From contig OX597824.1 in the NCBI GenBank assembly GCA_951406725.2, positions 47,306,001 to 47,370,000 of the forward strand: a stretch of DNA of 64,000 nt, in the 5' to 3' direction. The notes beneath the pieces are model-generated. The model did not search any database, was not told the DNA's origin, and saw nothing but the letters and a program-made list of their open reading frames with translations. The stretch is from Octopus vulgaris (taxonomy: Eukaryota). Both the position numbers and the translations under genes were made by a program. Positions 51,820 through 64,000 of this stretch are shown piece after piece (the stretch's first letter is position 1; every line of letters starts with the position of its first letter).

Positions 51820-53078
51820 TCAGGTCATCCCATAAGTTCTGTGCCATAAGATTTTACCTTTTTTCAAATTGAATGAAATTTAATAGTATTTTAGAATGTC
51901 TAATGGAATTAAAAATTATTTTTATGCATTTGTGTACATTTAAACTAATTAACTATTATTTTACAGGATGATAGGATTATAATTTCTTTGATTAAAACCC
52001 TTTCTAACATGGAAGTATCCAAAGAGCAGTTGAAGCACATAATGCTTTATGAGTACAAGAAAGGAAACTCTGCAGCCGAAGCGACTCGAAACATACACTC
52101 AGTTTATGGAAAAGAATGCTTGAATGAAAGAACTTGTAGAAGATAGTTTGCAAAATTCAGAGGTGAAGATTTCAGCCTTGAAGATGAAGATCAAACAGGA
52201 CGTCCAGTTGAGTTTGATGATAAGCTCCTTGAGGCATTACTTGAAGAAAATCCTGCATTATCAGTTGAAGAATTGGCAATAAAGCTTAGTTGAAACTATA
52301 CAACTGTTCATCGTTATCTTCAACAACTTGGAAAATGGGTGCCTCATGAATTGTCCAAAAGCAACTGCAAATCCTGAGTTGACATCTGCTCTTCTCTCCA
52401 TTCTTGCAAACTCATTTCACTCTTTTTGGATAGACTTGTGACTGGTGATGAAAATTGGATCTTCTATCGAAATGTTAAACATCGTAAACAGTGGCTTGGT
52501 AAAAGGGAAAAAGCTCAACCACAACCGAGAAGGGAACTTCATAGGAAAAAGGTTCTTCTCTCTATCTGGTTGGATTGCAAGGGAGTAATTCACTTTGAAT
52601 TATTACCACCTAATGGAACAATCAATTCTCAAGTCTACTGTCAACAATTAAAGCATTTGAACCAAGCTTTGAAGAAAAAAAGACCCACTTTAGTGAATCG
52701 AAAAGGAGCGATGTTTTATCAGGACAATGTGCGACCCCACACTGCAAAGATCACATCACAGAAGATAAAGGACTTGGGTGGGAAAAAATTCCTCATCCAC
52801 CTTGCTCCTTCAGACTTCCATTTGTTTCGTAGTTTACAGAATCATTTGGGGAACATAACTATCGCAAGCTAGGAGGAGGTTGAAACTGACATTTCAGTGT
52901 TCTTTGCTTTGAAGAAACCAAAAGAGTTTTACATTGATGGGATTTAAAAGCTTGTAAATAGATGGAAGGAAGTCATAGATAATCAGGGAGAGTACATTGA
53001 TGATTAAATTTCAATTAAATATAACATTTGATCACTTGTTTTCTTAATTAAAAATTTGGACAAAATGGGATAACCTGA
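51820..53078 (+). mobile_element. Near full-length mariner element (Hsmar1/SETMAR-like), transposase pseudogene 52009-53007
   Basis: TA|tcaggtcatcccat ... atgggataacctga|TA. MEVSKEQLKHIMLYEYKKGNSAAEA..., WVPHEL, VTGDENW, QDNVRPH and LAPSDFHLF, with in-frame stops and deletions. Confidence 0.92.
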
Positions 53079-53114
53079 TATTTAAATTTATATATATATA
53101 TATATACATATATC

Positions 53115-54008
53115 AAAATGATGTGGTTTTCTTATACTTCTTTTATTTTTCAAGAAAAACAAAGTTCTATTTTAATCTAAAACATATTCTCCTTCATTTT
53201 CTGCAATGCTCTTCCATCTATCTGGTATATTTGCAAGGTTCATGTTCCAAAATTCACTTGTCTGTGATGAAAAATACTTCTCCTGTACTGTTCTAATGTC
53301 ATCTACAAAATTCATATTTTTTCCATCCAAATGATTTTGAAGACTGCAGAATAAATGATAATCAGATGGGGCAATGTCCAGTGAATATGGTGGGTGGGGC
53401 ATCATTTCCCATTCAAACTGCTCCAGCCTTTGGAATGCCACCCTCACTGAATGTGACCATGCAATTTGACATGAAAAGTTTGTGAGGAACCCATTGACCC
53501 AAATTGCTGACTTTTCCGATAGCACACATGTGTTGATGAATTGTTGAATGACCAAATTCAAGCTTCTCTGCTAGTTCCTCAACAGTTACAATGGGATTTT
53601 GTTCCACCAGGGTTTGCAGAACACATTCGTCAAGCCCTACAGATCTTCCACAATGCGGCTCGTCTTCTGGGCTGTAGTTTCTGGTTTGGAATTTCTGGAA
53701 TCACCATTGATACCTGCTTACGCTTATTGTCCAATCCCCATATACTGCATTAATATTCCTTGCACTTTCCATTGCTTTGTTGCCTTTATTGAACTCCTAA
53801 AACAAAATATGCCGAATATGCTCCTTTGTCATTTCCATTATAGCTTTGAAAAAATAACTGTTAAAACAGAACTGCACTCCTCAAAACTTGCACTAAGAAT
53901 AAGATAAATTAATACCTGCTTTTATAGCAAGTTGATGCAGGTAGTTTATCCTGTCCCCCTTCAACTTTTCATGCAATTGAATAAAACCTGCATTATTTAT
54001 GGGATGAC

Positions 54009-54012
<4 letters not shown>
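53115..54012 (-). mobile_element. Second mariner element, internally deleted, tail-to-tail with the first
   Basis: 5' TIR ttgggtcatcccataaataatgc at 54012 abuts (TA)n. MEMTKEHIRHILF... (ATG 53838), WVPHKL, HPPYSLDIAPSDYHLF and EGEYVLD* are present. The central DDD region is deleted and the outer 3' TIR eroded. Confidence 0.88.
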
Positions 54013-54063
<51 letters not shown>

Positions 54064-54719
54064 CTGTTGACCTAAAACTATAAAACAATGTATTTCTTGC
54101 CAAACACTGGATATTTTAGTGTTGTTGTTGTTGTGGTGGTGGTGGTGGTAGTGGCAGTGGTGGTAGTGGCAGTGGTGCCGATAGTGTTGGCAACAGGTGG
54201 GGTGATTAGTACTGTTGGGTTTTTAATATTTTAATGCTAGTGTTGTGGGTAACTTGTTCTTCTAAATGTTATTGTTGTGGACAGATGTTCTTAATATTAC
54301 TTTGAAAAGGATGGCTTTGTTTTATTAGTGATCCCTAATAATAAATTAGGAGAACATAAAAATACATGTGTGTGCGTGCACGTGTGTGTGTGTGTGTGTG
54401 TGTAGGGGTGTTATCTGCCCAAACCATTCTTCTTATTTAAGTTCAAAGTTTATTGGTGACAATTAACTGTAATCAATCAGCTCATAGTTTTGGTGGTTGT
54501 AGTAGTAGTAGTAGTGATGGCATTTGTTGATAAGACACAATGTAGGTCAACTTATCCAGGATAACTTATGAATGATTTTGTCTTTCCCCATTTTGATAAT
54601 CAGTAATTATATTTAGACACCTTGATTAGAGACTACAGATACGTGTTATCTGTGTGTGTGTGTGTGTGTCTGTGTGTGCGTGCATGCATGCACACGCATA
54701 TGTATGTGGTGTGTTATGC

Positions 54720-55440
54720 TGGAGTAAGGGTGTTGTGCTCATAGCCTTCGCAAGCCTTCCAAGAACAATAACTCCAATGTACTACAGAAAAATAGCAGGG
54801 ACAGGGAGTGAATTCCAGAAAATTGAGGTTCCAGAGAGAATGGATTGACATTTGTAGTTGGTGTATGGCTGCAAGGCTGGTGAGAGGAGGCAGACAATAT
54901 GGGTAACAAATGTGTTAGACAAGTCTAAGGAATGGAGATCAATGTATTGACAGTAAAAATGGCCAAGTGAGAAGACATCCTATCTGTAGACCAGAGGTTG
55001 AAATGTGTTGGTGATGATTGACTTCATATCTATCAGTCAGTTGGTCCTTCCTTTGGATGCAGTCTTGGATGTTCATATTTGTAATAGCTTCACTATCCCA
55101 TTGTGAGTCTTTCTTGAGCTTTATAGAAAGTTAGGAACTAATGTTTTTTTCTGGCGCTAAAGAGAAAAGCCTGTTTTGAAGATAAATTTTTACTGTTACA
55201 GATATGAGATCACATGCAACAAGCATCAAGGATTCTGAAATCTAGCATTTATAGTTTTAGCTGCTCATTGTCTATGACTTTGGAAGGAGGTACAAGAGAT
55301 TGGCATCATTGATATGTGCAGTGGTTGTGTTATACTTTTGAAGGGGACAAAATTAATATGATGCCATTGGAGAATGCTTGAAAAGTCTCTGTTCACAGAA
55401 GCAGTGCAAGTTTGGCATGGAGTGTCTAAATCATGTATGG
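54720..55440 (-). mobile_element. Degenerate LINE ORF2 C-terminal remnant
   Basis: Minus strand contains ttctggaattcactccctg (WNSLP motif) and LTFYKA-like fragments typical of Jockey/CR1-group 3' ends. Confidence 0.5.
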
Positions 55441-57754
55441 ATGATGCTTTTGCTTAGAAAATTAGGAATGGGTGTTTATGTATGATGTATTACAATGCAG
55501 TGTATGTAGTAATATATGTTATGTAGATGTTATTGTTGTTGCTGTTTAGGTTCAGCTTAACCATGATTGCACTGATCTATGATTCCAGCTGTGATAATCC
55601 AATCCTTTTAGACATATGTCTATGATAGCATTATTCTAGCATGTTTTTTTTTTTTCTTTTGAGATGGTAGGTTTGAGGTTAGATTTGGTTAGTATTTCTA
55701 ATAATTCATGTGACTGCCTAGAAGACCTTTCATTTTCTAATTATGTGAGTGTGATGTGAATATGTGTGTCAGAAATATATCAATTCCAAAATATCCTTGA
55801 CTATGAGCCTGTAATCACATGCATACTTGATATCTGTATTCAACTCGTGACAAGGAGTGTGTATATCTATATTTCACTTTAACCTATATTTCACTTCATT
55901 ACAATGGTTGACATCTTTCACTTACAATGTTAACCCCATCTTAGAAAGAAAAAAAAGAAAAGAAAAAACAAATATTTTTCTTTAAGTGGTTAAAGCATTA
56001 GAAGAATTAATTGAATTGAATTTATTGTCAGAAACTTGGTACAAATAAATTGAATGACCTTGTCTTTAACAACACAGCAGAAATAAACCATATACTCCAT
56101 TCTGTAATTTGTTTCTCTCCAAAGTTTATTGGTTCCATTTCAACAACACAACATTACTTCCCATACTTTTCTGTCATATTTTTTCGGCATCACCTAATAT
56201 GTATAACTCTTTATCATCAAAACTACTTCTCACTTGAGCTTCTTTTCTTATTCAACTTTTCTTCAATTCTTTTACAATACATACTTCAAAAGAAAATGTA
56301 TATACAGTTGAACTTTCCCCTCCTTCTGCTCTAACCTGTTTGAGATCTTTGTGTATGTTTGCTACAGAATGGGTGTACTGAAAATAGTTACATAAATCTG
56401 CAAGTAAATGATTTAATAAATATATTTGATGCTATTGAAAATCATTAGAGAGTTGGAGGAAATACTTTACATTCTGAGTTCAAATCTTGCAGAGGTCAAC
56501 TTTGCCTTTCATCTTTCTGGGAGGTTGATGAAATAAAGTACCAGTCAAATACTGGGGTTGATGGTATCAACTAACCCCTCTCAGAATTACTGGCCTTGTG
56601 CCTAAATTATAAACAGTTATATTACTTTACAAGCAGATCAATAAATTGATAGATCATTGGATAAAATATTGTTGTATATTGAGTTCAAAACCAATTAAAG
56701 TCAATTTTGTTTTTCATTCTTTCATAGTCAATAAAATAAGTATCAGTTTAGTACTGCTGATGGATATAATCAAGTGTTGCTTCCCTCAAAACTTGTGGCT
56801 ATGTACCTATGTTAGAAATCATTATATTTCTTTGCAAGTGCTTAGCTGAGGTGGTAGGTACTAGGTGAGCCAAGGCTAGGCAAACTCGGGTTCAATTTTT
56901 GGTTGCAACTATGTCATTTATTCTTCCAATAATCCTAAAGGAAAGACATGGATGCCATAACTCTCAATTCCTTAATATGTATAATTAACAGGGCTGATTA
57001 CTCACTGATAAATGTCTGTGATCATGACAGGAAATAATCACATTTGTGTTAGGGATAAATATATAGTTACCTTTATCTCTCTATGTTACTTAATTTTATT
57101 TATTTATTAGTTTACTAATTACTACTCATAATGTTTTACATGCATTAACTACAATGCTAGACCATTACTGTTTACATTAGGTTGCTAGTACCAGCATTTC
57201 ATACAACTACTATATATAGTAAGAAATTAGACAGTAGTGCATAATTCAAAGCAGAGAAGAACAGAAAATTTTACAGCCTATAATTAAGACTACATTTTGT
57301 TTACTCTTAAATTTTAGATTTGTATGCTGACAATAAAGATAGGATACCCATGATCATATTGCAAATCAAATACTGAATACTCTGGATAGCATATATCTGC
57401 ACATCATGATTGCTGTTGGCATTGGGGTGCTCCTCCTAGCAATCTGATTGGCTGACTGATTACCAAGATTATAGACCCTTCACATTAATTTCAAGTGTTA
57501 TGGTCATAATAACAACAAAAATTGTCACTTTTGTATAGCTTCTGATACAAAAGAAAGTTAACTTTTGCTCAAAAGACTTCTTAATGACACATGTGCCACA
57601 TATGATGTCTTACAAAATAAATCATATATTTCATAATGAAAACAAGAATCGTTTTACTCTAATGGATAAGACAAGTATAACTTTTAAAACACATCCTCAT
57701 TTTATTTACATTATTTACATTTGATGGATATTTGTCCTCGTCTTGTTTGTTGTT

Positions 57755-57800
57755 AACACAACGTTTCAGCTGATATACCCTCCAGCCTTCATCAGGTGTT
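57755..57800 (-). ncRNA. Minimal type I hammerhead ribozyme (Penelope-type), minus-strand copy
   Basis: AACAC-CUGAUGA-A-GGCUG(GAGGGUAUAU)CAGCU-GAAAC-GUU-GUGUU: stem I AACAC/GUGUU, stem II GGCUG/CAGCU, and palindromic AACGUU in place of stem III. Confidence 0.75.
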
Positions 57801-58094
57801 TTGGGGAAATTTCAAACCTGGGTTCTTGTTCCTAAGGTATTTTTTGATGTAATAATAATAATAATAATAGTAATTATTATTATTATTATTATTCAGGTCA
57901 CAGCCTGGAATCGAACTCAGAATCTTGGGGTTAGTAGCCCGCACTCTTAACCATTATGCCATATACCTGTAGTGGTTAAGAGTGCGACTACTAACCCCAA
58001 GATTCCAAGTTCGATTCCAGGCTGTGACCTAAATAATAATAATAATTACATTGAAAAATACCTTAGGAATGAGAACCCATTGAAATTTCCCCAA

Positions 58095-58140
58095 GACACC
58101 TGATGAAGGTTGGAGGGTATATCAGCTGAAACGTTGTGTT
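58095..58140 (+). ncRNA. Minimal type I hammerhead ribozyme (Penelope-type), plus-strand copy
   Basis: GACAC-CUGAUGA(58100-58106)-A-GGUUG...CAGCU-GAAAC(58128-58132)-GUU-GUGUU. Predicted cleavage is after 58135, and stem II contains G-U wobbles. Confidence 0.7.
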
Positions 58141-58645
58141 GACAACAAACAAGATGTGGACAAATATCCATCAAATGTAAATAATGGACATAATTCCTCA
58201 TCTCTTAAATATAGAACTGTAACATCCTCATTTGTAGATCTAATGCCAAAGAATTCTTTAGCGCAAATGAAATGATCTCTGTTGACTGACTGAAAAGTAA
58301 TGGTGTTTCTTACATCAATACTACAGCTTATTCCAAAATGTCCACATTAACTGTATTATTGGACATATTTATAGTAATTTAATCCATCCATCTGGCACAG
58401 ACTGTTACTAGTTGTTATTGTCATTCTTCAGGAAACAATATTTAGTGATTGGCTTGTCTACAAAATGAAACAAGCCAAACATGAATTTGATCATTTAAAA
58501 TATGTTTTTAAAAAATCTGAAGTGCTAGCATTACATATAGTATTGTTAAGCACATGCCATGAGTGAATAATCTGACTAGGGAGTTGATGTTAATAAGGAA
58601 TTTTGTCAACAAATGACCCTGTGACCATCTTTATTTTATCTTCTA

Positions 58646-59047
58646 TCTTTTACTTGTTTCAACCATTAGACTTGTTTCTTTTACTTGTTTCAACCATGCC
58701 AGAGCACTACCTTGAGGAATTTTTAGCTGAAAGAATCAACTCCAGTACTTTTTTCTTTTAAGCCTGATACTTATTCTATCGATCTCTTTTGCCAAACTGC
58801 TAAGTTATGGGGACATAAACACACCAACACCAGTTGTCAAGCGGTGGTGGGGTACAAATACACACACATGCACACACACACATATGACCAACCTCTTTCA
58901 GTTTCTGTTTACCAGATCCACTCACAAGGCTTTGGTTGGCTCAAGTCTATAGTAGAAGACACTTGCTCAAGGTGCCACACATTGGGACTGAACCCAGAAC
59001 CATGTAGCTGGGAAGCAAACTTCTTACTACACAGCCATGCTTGCACC
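58646..59047 (-). mobile_element. tRNA-derived SINE family A copy
   Basis: Reverse-complement homologue of 39803-40170 (tacttgtttca..., ctttcagtttc..ccactcacaaggctttgg..., gactgaaccc..cacagccat). Confidence 0.8.
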
Positions 59048-60110
59048 TATGAGAGACAATATGCAGTGTATTTTTCATGATTACTTAAAGCATTAGGCAA
59101 AGTATTTAAATCACAATACCCAAATCATACACACAAACTTTCACTAGATATAGAAAATAAGAAGCATTTTTTTATAATTCAGTTCCCCAACCACTGTCTC
59201 TTGCTGAATTATACAGTTTGATGGGCTATTATTCTGGTAACTTTAGTTGTTGAGGTTGTTTCTTTTCAGGTATTCTTTTACGATTTTCTTAACTCCATTA
59301 ACTTTTCTTTCAAAGCAGACACATTGGTTTCAATGGACACAGGTCTAGTGCAGGATTCTCTTTCTTTCAAACATATCTGCTCCTTACCACCCTACCAGTT
59401 ACCTAGAAGATAATACAATAAGTTGTTCCTTTGGTACAAATGTTAAAATTTTGAAAGCTATACTAATCTTGTACCATTTCTGATTATGAGTATCTTAATC
59501 AAAAATGGTGCAAGATTAGTAATCTGAAGCATTGTAAATGTGTACATCAAACAATATAGAAAGAACATTATCAATCAGGTGAGCACTTCACATTATGTTG
59601 ATAGAAATAATAAGTAGTTTCAATTAGTTATATTGGATAAGTCACATTGATTATGATTCGACCCCAATGTAATTTAATAGATAATTGAGACTCAAGAATG
59701 CCTGTCACACATTATGCTCCGCCTCCTTTTCATCATCTTCATTGGTAGCAACAACACTAACCAATAGAATGTCTTGTATGTCAGTGTGGGTTGAACTTCA
59801 TCATTCAGTCAGCATTCTAGACACACAATCCTAAGATTTGGGTTTAACAAAGCATTTATTCAAAGAGACGTGGCTGCTAAATTTCGTGTGGGTTAAATAA
59901 CTACTAAGGACATCCTTTTTTGAGAATCTCTTAGTAGAATCATTATTTAGAACCTCCTTCCACTATCTCACTCTGCACCATGTCCAACTTACAGGCTCTT
60001 ACCTTGAAGTTTTTATTTGTGCTTGTACATAAGAAAGGGCAGAGTAAACAGATATGTGACTTTCCCCACTGTTAATAACACAGCTATTAAGCAGTACTGC
60101 TAATGATTAC

Positions 60111-60305
60111 TCTTTTACTCTTTTACTTGTTTCAGTCATATGACTGCGGCCATGCTGGAGTATCGCCTTTAGTTGAGCAAATCGACCCCAGGACTTATTC
60201 TTTGTTAGCCTATCGGTCTCTTTTGCAGAAATGCTAAGTTATAGGGATGTAAACACACCAGCATCGGTTCTCAAGCAATGTTGGGTGGACAAACACAGAC
60301 ACAAA

Positions 60306-60373
<68 letters not shown>

Positions 60374-60608
60374 CACATATATATGCATATATATATATAT
60401 ATATATACACATGTATATGCATATATATATATATATATATACACACGATGGGCTTCTTTCAGTTTCCGTCTACCAAATCCACTCACAAAGTTTTGGTCAG
60501 CCCAAGGCTACAGTAGAAGACACTTGCCCAAGGTGCCACACAGTGGGAATGAACCCAGAACCATGTGGCTGGTAAGCAAGCTACTTACCACACAGCCACT
60601 GCTGTGCC
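60111..60608 (-). mobile_element. tRNA-derived SINE family A copy with expanded internal (TA)n
   Basis: ttttacttgtttcagtca...gggcttctttcagtttccgtctaccaaatccactcaca...cacttgcccaaggtgcc...ccacacagccact. Confidence 0.85.
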
Positions 60609-61982
60609 TATGTTAAGCAAAAATACAGAAATAGCTATTAGTCTTAGTCAGGAAAGAAACAGCTGGCTGCAGTAAAATTTGGTCTCATATCTTTGTGTTA
60701 TAACTAATCGAATCTGCTTATTATTTCTATCAGTATATGTAAAGTGTTCACCTGACTGATAATGTTTCTGCAACACTGTTTGATCTACATAGGTTCAATG
60801 CCTAGATTACAGTGTTCATATTAAAAAATGGTACAAGACTAGTATAGCTTTTCAACATTCAGTAACATATTGACAGTCATTCAGTTATTTTGGCCTCATT
60901 GATAATGTACATTTCTTTATGACTGACACATGTTCAGTTCTAGAAAGTTTCTATGTAGTTGCTTAATCTGAAATAGTAGCCAAGTCTCCTTCCAATCACT
61001 GTCTTAAAAAAGGAAAGGCACATTAGAGCTTATCTGAAGAATGATAGGATGGCCATGAAATGGAATGTTTTTGATCAAAGGTTTGTTTGATCATCGCTGA
61101 ACTGGATCTGAACAAGAACTAATTTCTTATTTACAAACTGGATAAGTTACTCAATAGTTTTAATTTGATTGTCAAGGTCTAATTTTTCTCAAATCGTTTT
61201 GATTAGGTGATAAGCCTTTTAAAGGCTAAATATTAGTTATGAGAGAAGCAAAGCATCTTGAGTTAGTTTCAGTGTTTGGCAGCAAATTGAAACCAATTTC
61301 CCTCACTTAAACTGCCAATACACTTGAAAATGCCGAACTTGTTTTGTTTATAAATTTTTGCTCTTACCTTTAAGAAATGAATATTTTGAAGCAAAATCTC
61401 GGGATTTTTCTCAAGAACATTCATCAGATATTTCTCTAGTAATTTGTACACTTTAAAGGTGTAATTTCTTTTACTAAAAAACTTAGGACTAGTAGTAATC
61501 CAGTTCTAGATTTAATGGGGATTAAAGCGCTATGTTTATTAGTTAAATTTTATGATTTATGATTAAGTACTTTTTCAACTAAGTGGCCTTGAAGTATAAC
61601 TGACAGTATTTATGGCCACTAGTAATATAAAACAGGCTTGGAAAATAAATATGATGAAAGTGTACCTTCAAAAGGTATAAGAGAAATTTAACCCTTTGGA
61701 GATGGAGCCTCATTTGGAGTTTCAGTGCCAAGAGGACAGAGCCCGTTTCACAAGACCTACAAAGGACATACACTTATTTTTTCAAAAATATTGTAAAAAA
61801 ATAAAGCACCTGCTTTGCATATATAAAACTACATATATTCTTGTAGGAAATTGAATGAACAATCTTCTTTTGTCGTTCAATTTTTCAGCTGATAGATCAG
61901 CCCTGTCATCTCCAAGGGTTAAGGAGAGTTGTAACTGATGAAATTATATGGTTTATAATGATGTCATTGAACAAAGATTAAA

Positions 61983-62201
61983 CCCTTTAGCATTCAGATT
62001 ATCTATCAAATGTAATGTTTATTTATTCACATTGTTTTCAATTAATCATGCTTTATCTCATAGCCTTGAGATTTCAATGATGTGATCATTTATGTTTAGA
62101 ATTACATTTTAGGGTAGGTGTGAGAAGCCTGATCAAACCAGTTTGAACATAAAACAGGTAGAAATATTGGATCAGTTATGGCCGGCTTAAATGCTAAAAG
62201 G
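61983..62201. mobile_element. piggyBac-type MITE (opposite orientation to 46501-46674)
   Basis: ccctttagcatt ... aatgctaaaagg|TTAA. The interior is homologous in reverse to 46501-46674. Confidence 0.7.
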
Positions 62202-62329
62202 TTAAAAGTATTATGACTTTAGTGAAGTCATTATTTTACTTTTTACTTCATTTTTGTATCTTGTTTGCAAGATTTTTTATGTGAATTCATGTATTAAAAA
62301 AATTTTTCTTGTGTCTAGGGAGGGTCTTG

Positions 62330-62686
62330 TTTCACAAGTACAATGTTCCAGCACACAAGTCCTTGATTTCAATGGCTGCTGTGCATGACTGACTTTGAAC
62401 TACTCGATCATGAACTATTCTCATGATTTGGTCCCATCTGACTACCATCTTTTCCCCAACATGAAAAACCATTTGGTTGGGAACCTGTATCTCACTGATG
62501 ATGATGTAATATCTGTTGTTGATGACTTGTTTGAGCAACAGGATGAAACAGGATCCAAGGACTGCAACACTGATGGAAAAAGTGTGTGGACCACAAAGGG
62601 GACTATGTTGGAAAATTAATCTCATTTGGTGACATTCCATGAGAGTGCCTTAGCCAGCCTATGAACTTTTCAGCTGACACTCTGTA
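62330..62686 (+). mobile_element. Mariner 3' fragment
   Basis: YSHDLVPSDYHLFPNMKNHL..., WKKCVDHKGDYV and a TIR-like end gaacttttcagctgacactctgta. It ends ~100 bp before GCHFR exon 2. Confidence 0.75.
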
Positions 62687-62786
62687 TATGCAAATTATTT
62701 TGGAAGGGTAATTTACTTTCCTTGATTTAAGGCTATGAAACAGTCCTGTGCAAAATATTTCTGACTTTTAAGTTTATATCTTTCAG

Positions 62787-62881
62787 GAAAATGGACCAAC
62801 AATGGTTGGAGATGAATGGAATGATGTGGAGTTGATGGAATATCTTGGAGCTAGTCTATGCAAAGAGCTTGGCACTAACTA
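62787..62881 (+). CDS. GCHFR: GCHFR coding exon 2
   Basis: ttcAG|GAA AAT GGA CCA ACA ATG GTT GGA GAT GAA...ACT AAC TA|GTAAGT = [31 protein letters not shown](Y), versus human [32 protein letters not shown]. 95 nt. Confidence 0.95.
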
Positions 62882-63691
62882 GTAAGTAATCAGTTTATAT
62901 TTATTTTAAGAAGCTATATTTCACGATCGTATTCTAAGAACCATGAGAAGTGTTTCTTGCAATCAGACTTGTAAGTTTACAGGTGAAATGAAAATTGTGT
63001 AGTAAAAAAAATTTAACTTGAAAGTTTAGATATTGAAGTATGAAAGTTCATCCTCAATCTTAAGTATTTAGTGAATTCTGTAACCTTTTTAGCTGTTAGA
63101 GAACCTTTTAAAATTTCACCTTTATTAATAAATCAAGATTGAGTGAACTGACATGTGGTCTTCTGTTACTGTTCCTGCCCTATCAGAAGATAGAAATTAG
63201 TATTGAGCCTTTGAATATTAAGTGCATCAACCAAGATTAAATAGATCCAATGGCAGTATACTAACTGTTGACTTCTCATCTGTTGTTGCTGTATGGTCCC
63301 AGGTTAGTTGGATCCAGCATTTCTATGTGCAAAAGTATTTCAACTGTAACCATCTTTTTAGACTGTTTATCTAAGACTTCATTATTCAGTATGTTATTCC
63401 CACAGTAGGATGTGATTTGAGGGTGATTTGGTTGTCATTTCTAATAAGTCAAGCTAGTATGTAGAGGCTCCCATTAGATTATTTTGTTAGTCATTTAGCT
63501 GATAAGCTGTTAACTGCACCTCACTTTATGTTGTAAATAAACAAATATGGCAGTAAGCTATATATTTACAGTTTCTGTTTATATAATTCTCTTGGGGCTG
63601 TGGTTGAATATAGTAGATTGAGATTGACATAAATTCTGACATTTTTTTCTCTTTTTATTTATTACCCAGAAATTATTGCTCAAATGAAAAA

Positions 63692-64000
63692 CTGAACTTG
63701 AGGATATTAATGATTGTATGTATTTAGAAACATGTTTTTATTTGATAAAGTATCATCATCATCATCATTTAATGCCTACTTTCCATACTGGCATGAGTTA
63801 GATGGTTTGACTAGAACTGGTAAGCCGAGGAGCTGTACCAGGCTCCAGCCTGATTTTGGCATGGTTTCTACAGCTGGATGCCCTTCCTAACACCAACCAC
63901 TTCAAGAGTGTTGTGGGTGCCTTTTATGCATTGCTAGCATAAGTGCCTTTTATGTGTCACCAGCACGGATACTTATTACATGTCACTAACATGGGTGCCT
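63692..64000 (-). mobile_element. RTE-type LINE 3' end (older copy, runs off window)
   Basis: (cat)n-ttaatgcctactttccatactggcatg...gctggatgcccttcctaacaccaacc, a CpG-decayed homologue of 48813 and 49915. Confidence 0.75.

Larger units (their letters stand above)
57703..58221. mobile_element. Palindromic tRNA-headed, hammerhead-bearing non-autonomous retroelement with 12-bp TSD
   Basis: Inverted arms 57709-57957 and 57969-58186 around an 11-nt spacer. Each arm is a tRNA-like head (gtggttaagagtgcg..gttcgattcc), then (AAT)n, then a hammerhead core. TSD acatcctcattt at 57691-57702 and 58222-58233. Confidence 0.85.

Noticed and set aside
57300-57380. ttttAG acceptor followed by a short open frame in GCHFR intron 1
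   Set aside because: No downstream donor, early stops, and no GFRP similarity. Exons 1 and 2 already join without a gap.
57894-58030. Two tRNA-like sequences as genuine tRNA genes
   Set aside because: The acceptor stem is incomplete, the plus copy is 5'-truncated, and both are embedded in a TSD-flanked repeat. Treated as SINE-type heads.
61269-61773. Two short minus-strand ORFs with ETGSV and EKNPEILL motifs suggesting a Tc1/IS630 N-terminus
   Set aside because: Too short and degraded, and no TIRs or catalytic domain were found. Not supportable without a search.

Overview
AT-rich, repeat-dense eukaryotic (animal) DNA. The SINE families, RTE-type tails and microsatellite load resemble a coleoid cephalopod such as Octopus (inference). 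Two host genes are transcribed divergently. On the minus strand, an RMDN2/RMDN3 (PTPIP51)-like gene has its first coding exon at 15247-15500 (TM helix, coiled coil, FFAT-like EEFVDA) and continues off the left edge, with a candidate 17-nt microexon at 546-562. On the plus strand is GCHFR (GTP cyclohydrolase I feedback regulator): exon 1 at 34178-34213, a ~28.6-kb intron 1, exon 2 at 62787-62881, and exon 3 beyond the window. The same head-to-head RMDN3/GCHFR pair exists in human, which suggests ancient microsynteny. The rest is mostly mobile DNA: an intact hAT element (712-aa transposase) inside a (TA)n tract, a dead Blackjack-like hAT with a perfect 8-bp TSD, three mariner copies, Tigger, Helitron, CACTA and piggyBac-type MITEs, several LINE remnants, many SINEs and a GC-rich satellite. 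The most unusual item is a TSD-flanked palindromic insertion (57703-58221) whose two arms each carry a tRNA-like Pol III head and a minimal hammerhead ribozyme. Most listed short ORFs are microsatellite or repeat artefacts. Boundaries of degenerate repeats are approximate.
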